The position numbers and the translations under genes are program-made. Shown piece after piece: positions 41,936 through 54,639 of a stretch of DNA of 64,000 bases (position 1 is its first letter; every line of letters starts with the position of its first letter). Below the pieces are notes generated by a model. The model searched no databases. It was not told the origin of the DNA and was given only the letters and a program-made list of their open reading frames with translations. Source of the DNA: Lytechinus pictus (lineage: Eukaryota); the NCBI RefSeq assembly GCF_037042905.1, contig NC_087251.1, positions 38,628,001-38,692,000 on the forward strand, written 5' to 3'.

Positions 41936-43553
41936 CAGATACAAAGAATTTCAGTAGCTTACAAAAGTTGTAAGTGAAAGAGACTAACAAAACACTGTAT
42001 GAAAGTATCCCCATGACATACTTTACCAGGTAAGCTAGTTCTGCATGTATCAAAAAAAAAAAACTGGAAAAAACCTGCAACTTAATCCCAAACCTTGAAA
42101 AAATCAGTGGTATTTCCTGGAATCTTCAAATTTGTTATGAATAAAATTTTTTACAATAATGCAGTGAGCCTGGTCTAGTGACGAAAAATCAAGGAAAATA
42201 AGAACTTTTTGGTTCACACACTTTTTTACAATGTGGACTATTTATGCTAGCGCGGAGCGGGAGTGGAAAAAAAAATAGCTACATAATGTGTCCAATAACT
42301 CTTTAAAATGCATGAACATTGAAACTTGTTACATGTACATTCAATAATTGTGTCAATTTTATTTTTGGATTTCCCAGAAATGCTTGGAATTTTATTACTT
42401 GCCAAGAATTTTCCAAAAATTGCTAATGGATGATGAGGATTTCCCAGAAGTTTGGAAATTCCTTCAAAGTGGACACCCTTGGCATGTACTGTTTGTAGGC
42501 CTACTACTAGTATATACAAGAAATGCCTACTACTAGTATACTAGAAGGGATTTGCAACCAGAGATGGGACGTTTGTAGGCCGAGATTGATAGGCCAATGG
42601 AAGAAGAAAGAATGTTTCTCAAAAAGGCAGGAGGTAGAGAGCTATTGAATAGGGTCACGACCTCCCTAATTGTGAATGATTTATGTGTCTTCTAAAAAAG
42701 CGCCTTGACTGCCCTACTGCCAAGATCAAATGTCTTCCATCTATTCAAAGACATTCCTTCAGAACTAGGTGTAGGTCACCTACCTGTCACTCCTGTCAAA
42801 ATGGTTGGAGAAAAGATTCTACTGCTAATATTTGTGGCCTTAGCATCTCAATATGACAGCTACATGTATATTGATAGAGTGAACAAGTGACCAAGATTTT
42901 GGTTCACAGTTCTCTATGAATTTGCCCTGTTGCACTTTTCCCTTTCTATGCTATATATTTAAATGGTTTTGGCTTTCAGGAAGTGAAATACATGGAGTTT
43001 GATTGATAGTTTGAAAATTGAACTAATTTGTTTGTATATTAGTTCGTTCAGTGGTTGCTGAGAAATCCAGGAATTTAATTTGTGTATTTTTAATGAAATG
43101 GTATTGAAGTCATAAATTCAAATTCCATAGCCAACGATGAATGGCAAATATGTTTCAACAACTTGTAATGGGTGCTGTTGCATGCCTTTTAACAGTTATA
43201 GCACTTTGAAGATGGCTGAGATTTACTGTGGGAAGAAATTGCTTGTATGAATTTGAGATATGCTTATAGAATTATATTATTAAGAATCTTAAATGGTAAA
43301 AAAAAAAAAAAATGAAAATCCATAGACATGAAATGAATTACTCAGAAAACTTGCTTTGCCCAATTGATCGTGGGCCCAGCAGCCGCTATGCAGCGCCAGA
43401 TCTGAATATGAAAGAGACTACTAGTTAAACAATAAATGAATATTACATCAGTATCAATATGGCTTCCATTAATACTGTGGTATAGGCATTTTGAAAAATT
43501 AATGACTACCAGTCACACATTTTCCTTATAATGGTAAAGCACAATATCTAGAG

Positions 43554-43968
43554 CACAGCTGCCAAGTAGTACGATTTTTCCGTATTTAGTACGTTTTTGC
43601 AACCAAAATACGGCAGTACGTTTTTTCTTTAAAAAATATGTTTTTTGTATTAAAAAAAACAAAACAAATATGGTTATTAGATCAATGTAATTTCAGGTAA
43701 CTTGTTTTTTTTTTCAATCATTTTGTAAAAACCAGGGTGAGATATACACAAGTTTCAATGTTTTTTTTTTTTCATCTGCAAGAGCAGTGCACATTTTAGC
43801 TTGCATGCCGCATGCTGCGTGCGCCAAGCATTTTATTATGAAATACACTTTTTTGGGGAAAAATACAAAATATTTATCTCACACAGTAAAAATAATGATT
43901 TTTTTGTCAAAATACTGATTTTGGGGGATAAGAATACTGAAAATGCAAAATACAACTTGGCAGCTCTG
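43554..43968. mobile_element. Non-autonomous DNA transposon with 6-bp flanking direct repeat CTAGAG
   Basis: CTAGAG|cacagctgccaagt ... acttggcagctctg|CTAGAG. Confidence 0.75.
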
Positions 43969-46768
43969 CTAGAGATAATGACTTATCAAAACACATCAGT
44001 ACTTCAGCTGTAATGAAACCATTATGAGAGCAGTCACTTAGAAAAATTATCTATAGCCTTGTCATGTTGTCAAATTGGAATGGATTGAATGACTGGCATT
44101 CTGAAAATAATTGATCAGGCCTGTTTCTTATTCATCCCCTTCATTTTATAGAACATAGTCTCTTACAGTACCCCCCCTCCCAACTTCCTCATCGAAAATA
44201 GAAGAAAAAAGAATAATATATTTCAAAGTCAATGCGTAATGTGACCATGTGAGCTCTGGGGAGCATTTAATGAAAAAAAAAATCACTAACTGTTTAATTA
44301 ATCAATAAAAATCACTGACCAATTTGTTCATGAAACATCCCCCTCCCATCTGTAGAAAATACGAACTACCCACATTAGCCTATAATTAGATGAAAAGATC
44401 AGAAGGAGATTGTGAAACTCATTATGAAGGCTTATTGCATGTTTAATGAGTGTGGGCTGGAAATACCGTCTTGCTTCACACCTTCGTGAAAGATTATACA
44501 CAGGACATCCCAGGGTATGGTATCTGCAAAGTGAAAAAATTCCAAATTAAAGGTCCACCGTGTGCGGGAAATGATTTTATCATTTGTTCTTTCATATTGT
44601 CCAATGAACAATTAAATACAATGAAAACAAATATTATTCAAATTATAGGCTTATTTATTTTCTTGAGGGGACAAAATTTGATTTTGTGATAAATGGTGTT
44701 CATTGATTCCCTTTGAAGGGTAAGGTCATCTGATGATAAGTTGGTTTTAATAAAAAGTAGAAAAAATAAACATTTTATTTTATTTTATGATGTTAAAATC
44801 GAACAGTTCCCATATGCCTCTTGTAATGTAAGTTCCATAAAATGTTATTTTCTCAAAAATTTTGAAATGAATTTATTTCTGACTGGGATATATCATTAGA
44901 TAGAGCATTCTGTACCCCTTCTTATAAGAAGAATATATGTATTCAGCATATTCCATTAAAAAATAGAATTCCATATTTTATCACATGTGACATTGGGTTG
45001 CTGCTTGCATGTGACACCACAAATTTAAAAGATTAAAAATTAATAAATCTTTTAATCTTTGATGGATATTCATCAAACTTTCATATTTTTCTCATTTTTC
45101 CCCTGCATTTTAACACCAACTCATCCTTGGGGTGAATTCCCCCTTTGAGTTAAAGCATGTTACTATGTGAGGTTGTTTCCTCTCAGACAGTAATTGTATC
45201 GTCATCCTTGAGCAACTATTTTAGTACAACAAAGGTTATATTCATGGGGAACAGTGAGGTTACTTATGAAGTGGTGTTGTCTCAATGCCAATTAAGAGTG
45301 TATTGTGTTTTGTATGTAAGCAGATTAGGCAACTTTTGTTGGAAAGCGCTCTGAGGTTTACTAAAGAAACGTCGCCTGTAATGGTGGTTTGCCCCTTGGA
45401 AGAAAAAAGGACAATTTTTTTCGATAACAGCATAGTATTAAAAAGTACACAAAGGTGACGGGCAGTTTTGCCCTCATGACAGCCAAAATGGTCCCTCAAA
45501 ATTAATTTGCGAAATGGAATGCTTTCGGGCAACGACCTTTCCTTAAAGTTGCCCCAAAGATCTGCAATGAGCAATATTCAAGGACACTTAGAAGATTAAT
45601 ATTCTGCATACAGCAGAATAATGAGATATGCTTTTACAGCAAATATGCTCATTGAGCTAAAAGAGTAGCCCTTGAAATGGAGGAAACAGCCCCCCCCCCA
45701 AAAAAAAAGAAGATAAATCACCCCAATGTGGCCAAAAAATAACCCCTAAAATACAAAATAATTTCCTGCCATGTTTAAGAATGTACTCCTGTCCTTTTGT
45801 GTGATTTGAAATCTCATTCTGGATCGGTGCCCTCATTGATAATTTCATATAGACCTATCAGGGCGCCTACTTGTAAGCTTCTTCTCATTTTTATTTTATA
45901 TAAAGAAATAAAAGTATTTCATTTTGGCAATTTTAGGCTTGGTTGACTTCTGCTCTACAAAATCTTAACATCCCCATCCTTAAATCCTGTTCCAAAGATT
46001 ATGTTGAAGAGTTTTTTGCCTTCATCATTGTGTTGGCAATGTACAATAGTCCTATGACCTTTAGTGACATGAGGATGATATATGTTGGTATGTTTTTTTG
46101 CTTGACATAAATGATGATGAATGTGGTGGACAATAATAAATCTTATTATGTATGACTAACAAAGAAGAGGACAGGTGGCTTTGTCATGAATGTTTTTAGT
46201 CACAAACAACATTTCCTTTCTGATGCTACAGACACACCAGCAAATCCGATTCCAAGCAGACCAATAGTAGCCCAATCGGACCACCAAAATCATCAATGTC
46301 ATATTTTTGGTGGCCCGCAAAGCAAATTTGTTGGCCCTAAAACAATAGAAAACATTACAATTTATCAAAACTTTGGCAGCCAAACCGGGCCACCAAGTGT
46401 GAGCTTTTACAGAATTTTGGTTGCCCGACTCTCAATTTAGGTTGCCCCGGGTCACCGGGCCACTGCTAATGTCGAGCCCTGCATTAGAAATGACGTACTA
46501 GACAGGTTAGTCTGGAGTCAGTTTTTGCTGGTGTGGCCGAACCCACCTCCTACTACCAGATTTGACATTAGGCCTATAAGTTATTATTGTAATGTAAGGA
46601 TCAAATTAGGGGAAAAGATATTATTTCTTGTTTTTCATTCATTTTTTTCACTAAACTTTTTCTTCTAATTTTTCATTCATCCCCACTCCTGCCCCTTCAT
46701 GTACCCCCGTCTCTTCCTCAACTTACAAAATCTTCCCCCTCTCCCCTCTTTATATTTCCATTATATAG

Positions 46769-46900
46769 TTACAAGTGAGTATGCAATCGCAGAAGCCTCA
46801 ACAGGAAGTAGATGGTCCGTCAGATGGTGTGGATGATATTGATAAAGCTCTCACAAATCTTCAGGTCTCATTAGAAGGACAAACTGTATCACCAGGACAT
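46769..46900 (+). CDS. FERMT2: Kindlin exon D (F2, before the PH domain)
   Basis: Long pyrimidine tract, ttatatag| acceptor and |gtaagt donor. LQVSMQSQKPQQEVDGPSDGVDDIDKALTNLQVSLEGQTVSPGH contains the kindlin 'D..D.AL..L..SLEG' motif. Confidence 0.92.
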
Positions 46901-47435
46901 GTAAGTATTAACATGCCTCATTTAAGATATCTCATTGAGGCCTGTATACCATCATCTGCAAGCAACTGAATGGATTAAAAAATGTTCATCTGCAATTTGA
47001 TGTCTGAAATAATAGAAAATATCAAGAAGGTTTAAAATTCAGAAGAAATAATAAAATCCAAGGAAAAAATAATCTGTCAATAAATATAGAATCAGATAGA
47101 AGGCTGCCCAGGACAACTTTTGACCTTTGTTATTTTTTTTAATGCAAAATTTGCAAAAATCCAACAAAGAAAATTAGTGTGGACTTATGTTTTTTTTTAA
47201 GATACAAGCTGTTTTTTTTATTGGTTCATGAATGCAGGAATAATGTAGAAAGTTACTGCAAATAGATTTTTTAAAACATGACATATATACAAGATGGGAG
47301 GTTAAAGGAGTTAGCAGTGTTATAATTGTAATTCTAGATCCTTTTGCATTTTGCAATAGTTCTTGTTTGATATAGATGAGGATCACATTCACTGCATCTC
47401 TTACTTCCAATAACCTTACCCCATGTTGTTACCTG

Positions 47436-47572
47436 GGAAGTGTTTCATGAGCCAAAGAGTCAGACGTTTTCACTGACAAATGTTACAAGCTAATAGAAAT
47501 ACTTGCATCTGATTGGCTAAGAGCGTATTAGTCATGGAAAATCACTATCAAATCTCTTTACGAAACACTCCC
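47436..47572. mobile_element. MITE family B (CWG TSD); other copies at 44259-44343, 57022-57155 and 60806-60917
   Basis: CTG|ggaagtgtttcatga ... cgaaacactccc|CTG, sharing the internal ttttcactgac and tctgattggct motifs. Confidence 0.8.
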
Positions 47573-49851
47573 CTGGGGTGGTCACCCAGGAACCTTGACA
47601 AACCTTAATCTAATTAAAGAACTCTTCTTCATCTCGTGGATATAGATACACTTAAAATCAAATCCTTGACCAATTGTCGGTCTTTCAGTCAAGCTTCAAG
47701 GTGATTTGGGAAGATTTAGGTAATGACATCCGCCTCTCATCGGCATGCTTTCCAGTTACGCACCTTTTCCTTTGAAAGGTTGTGTTCAATCAACGGAAAT
47801 AGTTCCCTGTCACAGGAATAACTTTGTTTGAGGCCTGCCCTTGTATTCCTTTCTTTCCCTTCATATGTCGGCCAGCACAAGACATTATTATGGGGGGGGG
47901 GGTGGGGTTGCATGTATGTTAGGTCATAGGAAATTGCTATTTTTTTAATATAAATGCTGATCAATGTTAATGTATATCAAAGTGACTTTGATAAATGTTA
48001 TTCATAATGACTAATAGTAATAATGATAATAAGGTTGATATAGTGCACTTTCTATCTTTATTGGAAGACCAAGGTGCTAGGTAGAAAGTTAGTACGATAT
48101 CCTTTGGTTTAATATGCCAACGGTTATTATGACTTTGGAAATAACCCTCCACAATGAACTATGTGCTGGATGTTCCCATGAGGGGGGCATCGGCCTTTAA
48201 TGTTGACTTGATTTCTAGAGATCGAGGTTAGAAACCTTTTGATTACATGACTAATGGACAGTCGAGGGAATCACATTACTATCAGACAAAGGGGAAGTTG
48301 TTAATACAATGCACTAATACAATTCAAGGACCTTTTGACAAACAATGACATAATCAGACGGTTATTGTTCAAAGGGGGAAGTTTACCCTGACTTAGAGCC
48401 GATTATAATGAAAGCAGAACAATAATACTGATGAAGATTTGGTGAAAATTTGTCTAAGAATGACAGAGTTATGGATTTTAGAAGTTTTCTCCTTGTAAAT
48501 GTTTTTTTTTTTAAATGCATTCAAGATATGATCTGATGCATCATGTCATACTCTCTTCTGTGAGAAAAGTTATTTTCAGTCGTCATGAACCATTTACAAT
48601 ATGAGAATGAATAGAATTTATATAACATGACATATGGGGCAGCTGCTCATGTATGACATCACAAACATCACATTTTAAACTCTTTATTCTTTGATAGATA
48701 TTTTGTCAAACATTCACCATTGCTTTTCTTTGAATTTTAGGCAAACCAACTGACATCAATTAGATGAAAGAATTGGAAGTTTATGATTGTGAAAATTAAT
48801 ATATTTGAAAATTTGAATAAAAATATATGTTTTTTTTAAGGCAAATCTATTTATCGTATACTTCTTGAATATAATAAATTCATTCTTGAAGAAAAGTGTA
48901 GGAATTCCAAATCCTAAAACTTTTTGTATAACAAATACTTGATTCTTGATAAAAGACAATGGCCTTGGTGCTAATTTATTTAATACATTTATTATATGGA
49001 AGTTGAAATGCAATATAATAATAATAGGTTTCAGACGATGAGATTTTGATCTTTCTATCCATCATGTTGACTTTAATCACCCCTTCCAATCCTGATTGGA
49101 TTTGGGCTTAATGGTGGCGGTCCATTTTCTGTTAAATGGGGCATGCATATATAGGTGCATGATGAATTTCAATGCAAACAAAATCTGTGTTGACTGTAGT
49201 GCTTCACTGCCAGGCAAGTGACTATGTGATAGTATATTGAAAATTGATACCACAGAGCCCCCCCCCCCCTTCAAGTCAGTGATATGAATCAAAACAACAC
49301 CCGAGATGGTGCTATGTCATAAGATATGTTTTAAATTGAAAGTCATATCAGAGGTTATCTGTAATTAAAGTTTGATGAAAAAAAAATTCTTTCTCACATT
49401 TCTCCTTTGTGTTCATTAATTTAAAAATTGTATTCATTAGATTTACACTGCACACAGCTTGAACAATTAAGTCAATTACATTTTACAATAAAACAATTCA
49501 AGTTGATTTACATCTTTAAAAAAGGTTATCCAATATTGTTTATAGAAGGAAAAAAAAAAGAGTCACACCTGCGTTAGCTATAGTATTTCATCAAGATCTT
49601 GAACCAAGATTTTAAGCTCTACCCTCGATTTTCTCCCTTTCCTTTTGATTATACTACCACACATGTCTGATATCTTATATCTTTTTATTTCATAAGGAAG
49701 TAAAGTTCTTTCCCTCTGGAGTACATACAGAAAAAATAATAATCATAGCTGCAATATCATTTTTAAGAATATTGTATGAATACATGTTTGTATCCTTTTA
49801 ATGTACCTTTAATATAAAGCTTTTGTTTTTCTTTCATATATTTTTTTCTAG

Positions 49852-49901
49852 ACGGATATCACCTCAGTACCAGAACTTTCAGGAGTATTGAGGTATCTGA
49901 A
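49852..49901 (+). CDS. FERMT2: Kindlin exon E (50 nt, leads into the PH domain)
   Basis: Acceptor tttttttctag| and donor aa|gtaagt. TDITSVPELSGVLRYLK matches the kindlin 'DIT..PEL...L' motif. It is too short to appear in the ORF track. Confidence 0.9.
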
Positions 49902-50008
49902 GTAAGTATCCTCCAATATCTCTTCCACAATTGTTTATAGAATATGTTTGCATCGACTAGAAGTGTGTTGAATATGTACTCATCATTGTAGGTTTTGATT
50001 ACCGGTAA

Positions 50009-50602
50009 AGGGGTACTCCAAGCCGAGATTAATATGATTAGAAAAGATTGACTAAAGTTATACGAATAAAGCAATGAAAGTTTCATCAAAGTTTGAAAGG
50101 AATAGCAAAGTTTTATGACATTTGACAGTTTTGCATTATTCTGGTGAAACAGTTCTATGCATGTCTTCATGAATATGCAATGAATGATGATGTCATCTCC
50201 CCACTTATTCTTTCATGTTTTAATTAACGTATGAAAATTTATATTTCAAACTTTGTCCTCCAAGAATTAAAAGGGATTGTTTGTCTATTTAATGTGTAAG
50301 ACAATGATTGCTGCATCTTATTTTGTTGGAAGGGAGGCACGTTTTACACACATATATTTAATATGAATTGATTATGATTTCATGTAATGATATAAAATAG
50401 GAAAGCAAGGATATGATGTCTGCCAAACATTTTAATATTCAAAACAGCATGTCGATATAACTATTTTCACAAAATATTGCTAAACTCTAAAATTCAATAA
50501 CTTTGTTATTTTCTATTAGATTTTGAAGAAATATCCAGTGTTTTGTTTGTTTAGCTTTAATATATTTGTTAAGATACATTATTTTCAGCCTGGAGTACCC
50601 CA
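50009..50602. mobile_element. Kolobok-like non-autonomous element, diverged
   Basis: gtaa|aggggtactcca ... tggagtacccca|ttaa, with an interior resembling 36525-37103. More degraded relatives appear near 30800-31220, 45000-45146, 48372-48750 and 54936-55300. Confidence 0.75.
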
Positions 50603-51893
50603 TTAAGACCAAATAAAAGCATTATTGTTTAGCAAACACAATAGTAAAAAAAAAGGGGAAATATGAGAAAATAGATATAAAAAATCAGGAAGTGCATTCA
50701 CTTCAGTTGTATAATGAATCACCTTAAACCTTGGCTTGTAGTGTAGGCCCTACAGTTCTGTGACGATCCAAAAATATGTTTCTTCCCTGTGCGCCATGTG
50801 TTTTATCCCTCAATGAACGGACCTATTAATAGAGGTCTCTAGCTATATGGATGACAGCTGGGTTTGTGTAGGGGAGATGATAGTGTTTCACAGGGGATGC
50901 ATAGCGCAGGGATCAAATCTAAAGTGAAGGTATGTCATGAAAGGTTGCCGGCCGTATTAGCTTCCGTCCTTTCCTACTACGCTGTTTACCCTCGCAGTTA
51001 GTTAACTTGTGTGAAGCCAATAGATACTTTTATGCAGTTGACCTAAAAAAAATAATCAATTTACTGTATGAATATTCATGGAAGGTGATGAAAATTTATG
51101 CGACTAGCCTGAAATTGAAATTGCTATGCCTGTATAGTTGCCTGAGTTCAGCCATGACTAATAATTCTTCACAGATGTGTATCAGAAGTTAGAACAACCT
51201 TCTATTGCTCTATTGCAAGATAAGATCTGTCAGTTTGATGACAGATTCTGGGATAATTTTTTTTCATTTTGAACTTCAATTTTCCACAACTTTCATATTC
51301 AGTGTGAAAAAAAATCACTATTGACTGTTAAAATTCTCTTGTATGTCTATCATCTACAAGTATGTCAGATTTTGGGTCAGAAACGTACATTCGATTGATT
51401 TTGAACTTTTCATATTTCAGATTTGAATTATATTCCCAGGCCTACAACAACCATGCATATTCAAATAATTTTCAATTTACCAGTATATCCAAGATTCTAT
51501 TGGAAACATTGCATCAGCATTTCCATCTGTAAACTAAAAACATAAATTATTTTTAAATCAAAAGTACCAGCAACATTTCATGCGGTTGCTGCATATAAAT
51601 TGCATAAAAACAATGTTTTTATTCAAATTGGTCTTGTCTGTGCCAACATTAAACATGTGCCCTTTTGGAATGCCATAGATAATTGTTTTTGATACACATT
51701 TTGAATGGTTTTCTAAAGAGTGAGGGAGGTATAAAGGCTATGTTGGTCATATCGTAAACCTGATTTATAGTAACTGAGGTGTGCATGAAAATTGATATAT
51801 TATTACTGTTACAGTAATGAATGAAGAGTGTTTGAAAATAACATTGAGAAATTACATACATGTAATCTTGCTTTTCATTTATGATGCCTGCAG

Positions 51894-52164
51894 GGCCCCG
51901 TCTTACAAAGAGTTATGATTAATCAAATCAATCCTAACTCTAAGGAAATCCATCAATGTCATTATTTTTTCCACAGAAAGTTTGCACACTGTCCTCTGTT
52001 AACAAAGAGAAGCACAGGGAATTTTCAAGAAAACAATGAATACATGAATATACACATCATAGTTATAAATATTTTGAACAAACATGTATTTTAAATGTTG
52101 ACGTTGCTGGCCGTCCATAGTTGTGATTGATCGGATCAATCGTAACTCTTTGTAAGATGGGGCC
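51894..52164. mobile_element. MITE with CAG TSD
   Basis: CAG|ggccccgtcttacaaagagtta.gatt ... aatcgtaactctttgtaagatggggcc|CAG. Confidence 0.85.
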
Positions 52165-52280
52165 CAGAAATCTGTACTGGGACATGTACATGTACAATAA
52201 AAAAAAAAACCCTCAATAGTACGACATTTGGGTTGTATTTCATAAAGCTGTTTGTAAGTTACAAGCAATTTATGCACGAT

Positions 52281-52345
52281 TTTACATATGACTTTACATA
52301 CAATTTTACATATGACTTTACATACAATTTTACATATATGACTTT
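52281..52345. repeat. 24-bp minisatellite, about 3 copies
   Basis: ttttacatatgactttacatacaa repeated. Confidence 0.9.
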
Positions 52346-53013
52346 AAGCACGACTGGTGACCCTTTATTGTGCTTATAACAGATTCTCAAATCAGTTTGA
52401 TACCAACATCAGCAACAGTTCAAATTTGATCTTTGTAAAGTAAACATTTGATTTCCAAAGCATCAGAATTGAAAACCCAAGCTTTCAAAAGCTTTATGTT
52501 ACGAAACTAACCCCAGATAAGTAGAATTTTAATATGGTAAGTGGAGAAGAAAACTAGATGTTCTCATGTAGGTAAAGAGAGCAGTGATTCAGTTCAATAG
52601 AATGCTGAAGGAGGATTATACCGTCCCATTGTGGAATGTCAAATCATTTTCCTGTGAATCAATGCAAGTCTTCGGTCGCGAGCCGGACGACGCTAATGTC
52701 ATTCTCAGATACAGAGAGTGGGCTTTTCGTCTGGAGGAATGGTCGTTCCATGTTCTCTGAGAATATGAACCCTGTGGCTTTTTTGTCCCTCTGCATTCCT
52801 AATGTTATTCTCAGATATAGAGTGTGGGCTTTTTGTCTGGAGGAATGTTCACTGAGAATATGACCCCTGTTTTTTTTGCCCCCCCCCATGCATTCCTAAT
52901 CTGATTCTCAGAGAGAGTGGGCTTATCTTCTGGAGGAATGGTCCTTCCATGTTAGAGAATATGCACCCTGTGTCCCTCCCCCCTGCATTTTTAATGTTAT
53001 TCTCAGGTACAGA

Positions 53014-53728
53014 TACCTATATTCTGAACTTTGGTTTAATTTGATATTCGGGGGCTTGTAACACAAAGCTAAGCAATGATCGTCGAACACTATGAGTGCA
53101 TTGACTACAATTAATGGGCGTCCTGGTCTAGCGGTTCTGACTCTCGTCTTTCAAACATAGGGTCGTGGGTTCGAATCCTAGCCATAGCGTGTTTTCCTTC
53201 AGCAAGAAATTTATCCTCACTGTGCCGCACTCGACCCAGGTGAGGTAAATGGGTACCAACAGGAAGTAATTCCTCAAAAAGCTGTGCGCACCAGAATCGG
53301 TAGACTAGCTTAGCCGGGGTAAAATAGGAGTGCCTTGAGCACCTAGCAAGGTGGATACGTGCGCTATACAAATCCTATATTATTATTATTCATTAATCAT
53401 AAAAATCAAGCGTATGATTAATCGCTAACCTTTGTGTTATGGGACCCAGTTCTAAAGTTGTAGTTTAAATACATGTTTGGAGAGACAGATGTGACACAAA
53501 TCTTCAACATTGAAGGCTCAATTTACACCCAATGTATTTGTAACTTTCTGGGATTAATAACTAAAATAGTTTTCTTCATCTTCAGAGCATGAGGAAACAA
53601 CATAGTAATAGCATACATATAAATGCAATCATCCAAACATACAAAGATTAAATACAATGTTAACAAAACTGTGACATTTTCAGCTTCCCACCATGGCTCA
53701 GGTTTAGCTGGACTTCAGAATATGGTCC
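53014..53728. mobile_element. MITE family C copy, interrupted by a family D MITE (about 53051-53447)
   Basis: Outer termini tacctatattctgaac / cttcagaatatggtcc. Inner termini ggggcttgtaacacaaag / ctttgtgttatgggaccc. Confidence 0.75.
53116..53391 (+). mobile_element. Full-length tRNA-derived SINE
   Basis: A box TGGTCTAGCGG, B box GGTTCGAATCC, central gcaag...cacTCGACCCAGGTG..GTAAATGGGTACC domain, gcgctatacaaat plus (ATT)n tail, and ATTAAT on both flanks. Confidence 0.9.
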
Positions 53729-54172
53729 AAAGAGTGGGCTTGTAAGTGGGAGAACGTTCCTTCCATGTTCGCTGAGAATACGACCCTATGTGTTTTTATT
53801 TCCCCCCTGCATTCCTGTGTGCTTGGTAGAAATGCCTGGCAACCTGGGAGGGAAATGTTTGGTGAAACCCAACCCCATCCTGTTATGAACCTTCCTGATG
53901 CCGTGTAATAGTAGTAGATATTTCCCATCCATACCAGTTGATATTAATGTATAATGCATGCTAAGTATTAAGTGGTTGCAATTTCATGCACCCCTCTATG
54001 ATTTGGCATCCCAGTGTTTGTCACAAACTTTCTTACCTATTTTCCTTTTTCAGACCAAAGAAAGTCAAGTTGAGAGGTTACAACCAATACCTTTCTCCTT
54101 TTTCAGGCCTAAGAAATTCATGTTGAAAGGTTAAAATAATTCTTAATTTTCTCTCCTATTTTCCTTCTTCAG

Positions 54173-54297
54173 GCCTAAGAAATTCACGTTGAAAGGTTAC
54201 AAGAAGGCTTGGTTTGTGTTCCGTGACCTGCACCTTTCATATTACAAGAGTGAGGAGGAGAGAAATGGACAAGCCATCCAGAGAATCAACCTCAAAG
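54173..54297 (+). CDS. FERMT2: Kindlin exon F (PH domain N-terminal part)
   Basis: Acceptor ttccttcttcag| and donor |gtaaga. PKKFTLKGYKKAWFVFRDLHLSYYKSEEERNGQAIQRINLK contains the basic KPKK.TLKGYK phosphoinositide-binding motif. Confidence 0.95.
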
Positions 54298-54373
54298 GTA
54301 AGACAATTTTGGCCCATGATTTACTCCGGTAATTGAAGATCCTTGTTTTTTTTTCTTCATAGATGTAGACATA

Positions 54374-54639
54374 GGCCTGTATTCTGAATTTAAATTAAAC
54401 CCTGGTTTAAAGTTGTGGTTTAACTATGGATAGCCAATTGGGGCACAAATCCTTAACAGTACACATCCAATTTTTTAACTCATTTGACACTCAAATTGTT
54501 CCTAATTGTCTGGGAATGATAACTGAAACAAAATAGTCAATATAAGAAATATACAATATAAACATAATTTTGGGCTCCCCATCATTTTAGCACAGAATTA
54601 GACAGTGGTTTAAATTAAACTGACTCCAGAATACGGGCC
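54374..54639. mobile_element. MITE family C copy (ATA TSD), inverted relative to 10892-11202
   Basis: ATA|ggcctgtattctg ... cagaatacgggcc|ATA. The internal aaagttgtggtttaa.tatggatagccaattg is the reverse complement of 11130-11163. Confidence 0.85.

Larger units (their letters stand above)
52701..53816. repeat. About 100-bp tandem repeat, 4 units, the last split by a transposon nest
   Basis: Unit ttctcaga...agagtgggctt...tggaggaatg...ttccatgt...gagaatatg.accc...tgcatt.ctaat at about 52701, 52808, 52905 and 52999/53729. Confidence 0.85.

Noticed and set aside
49893..49901. Alternative in-frame donor ag|gtatct in exon E, and the CAGGAG tandem acceptor at 59355-59360
   Set aside because: Both are weaker than the annotated sites and would remove only 1-3 residues. 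There is no support without transcript data.
53116..53190. tRNA gene
   Set aside because: A and B boxes are present, but the sequence continues into a SINE body and (ATT)n tail with flanking direct repeats.
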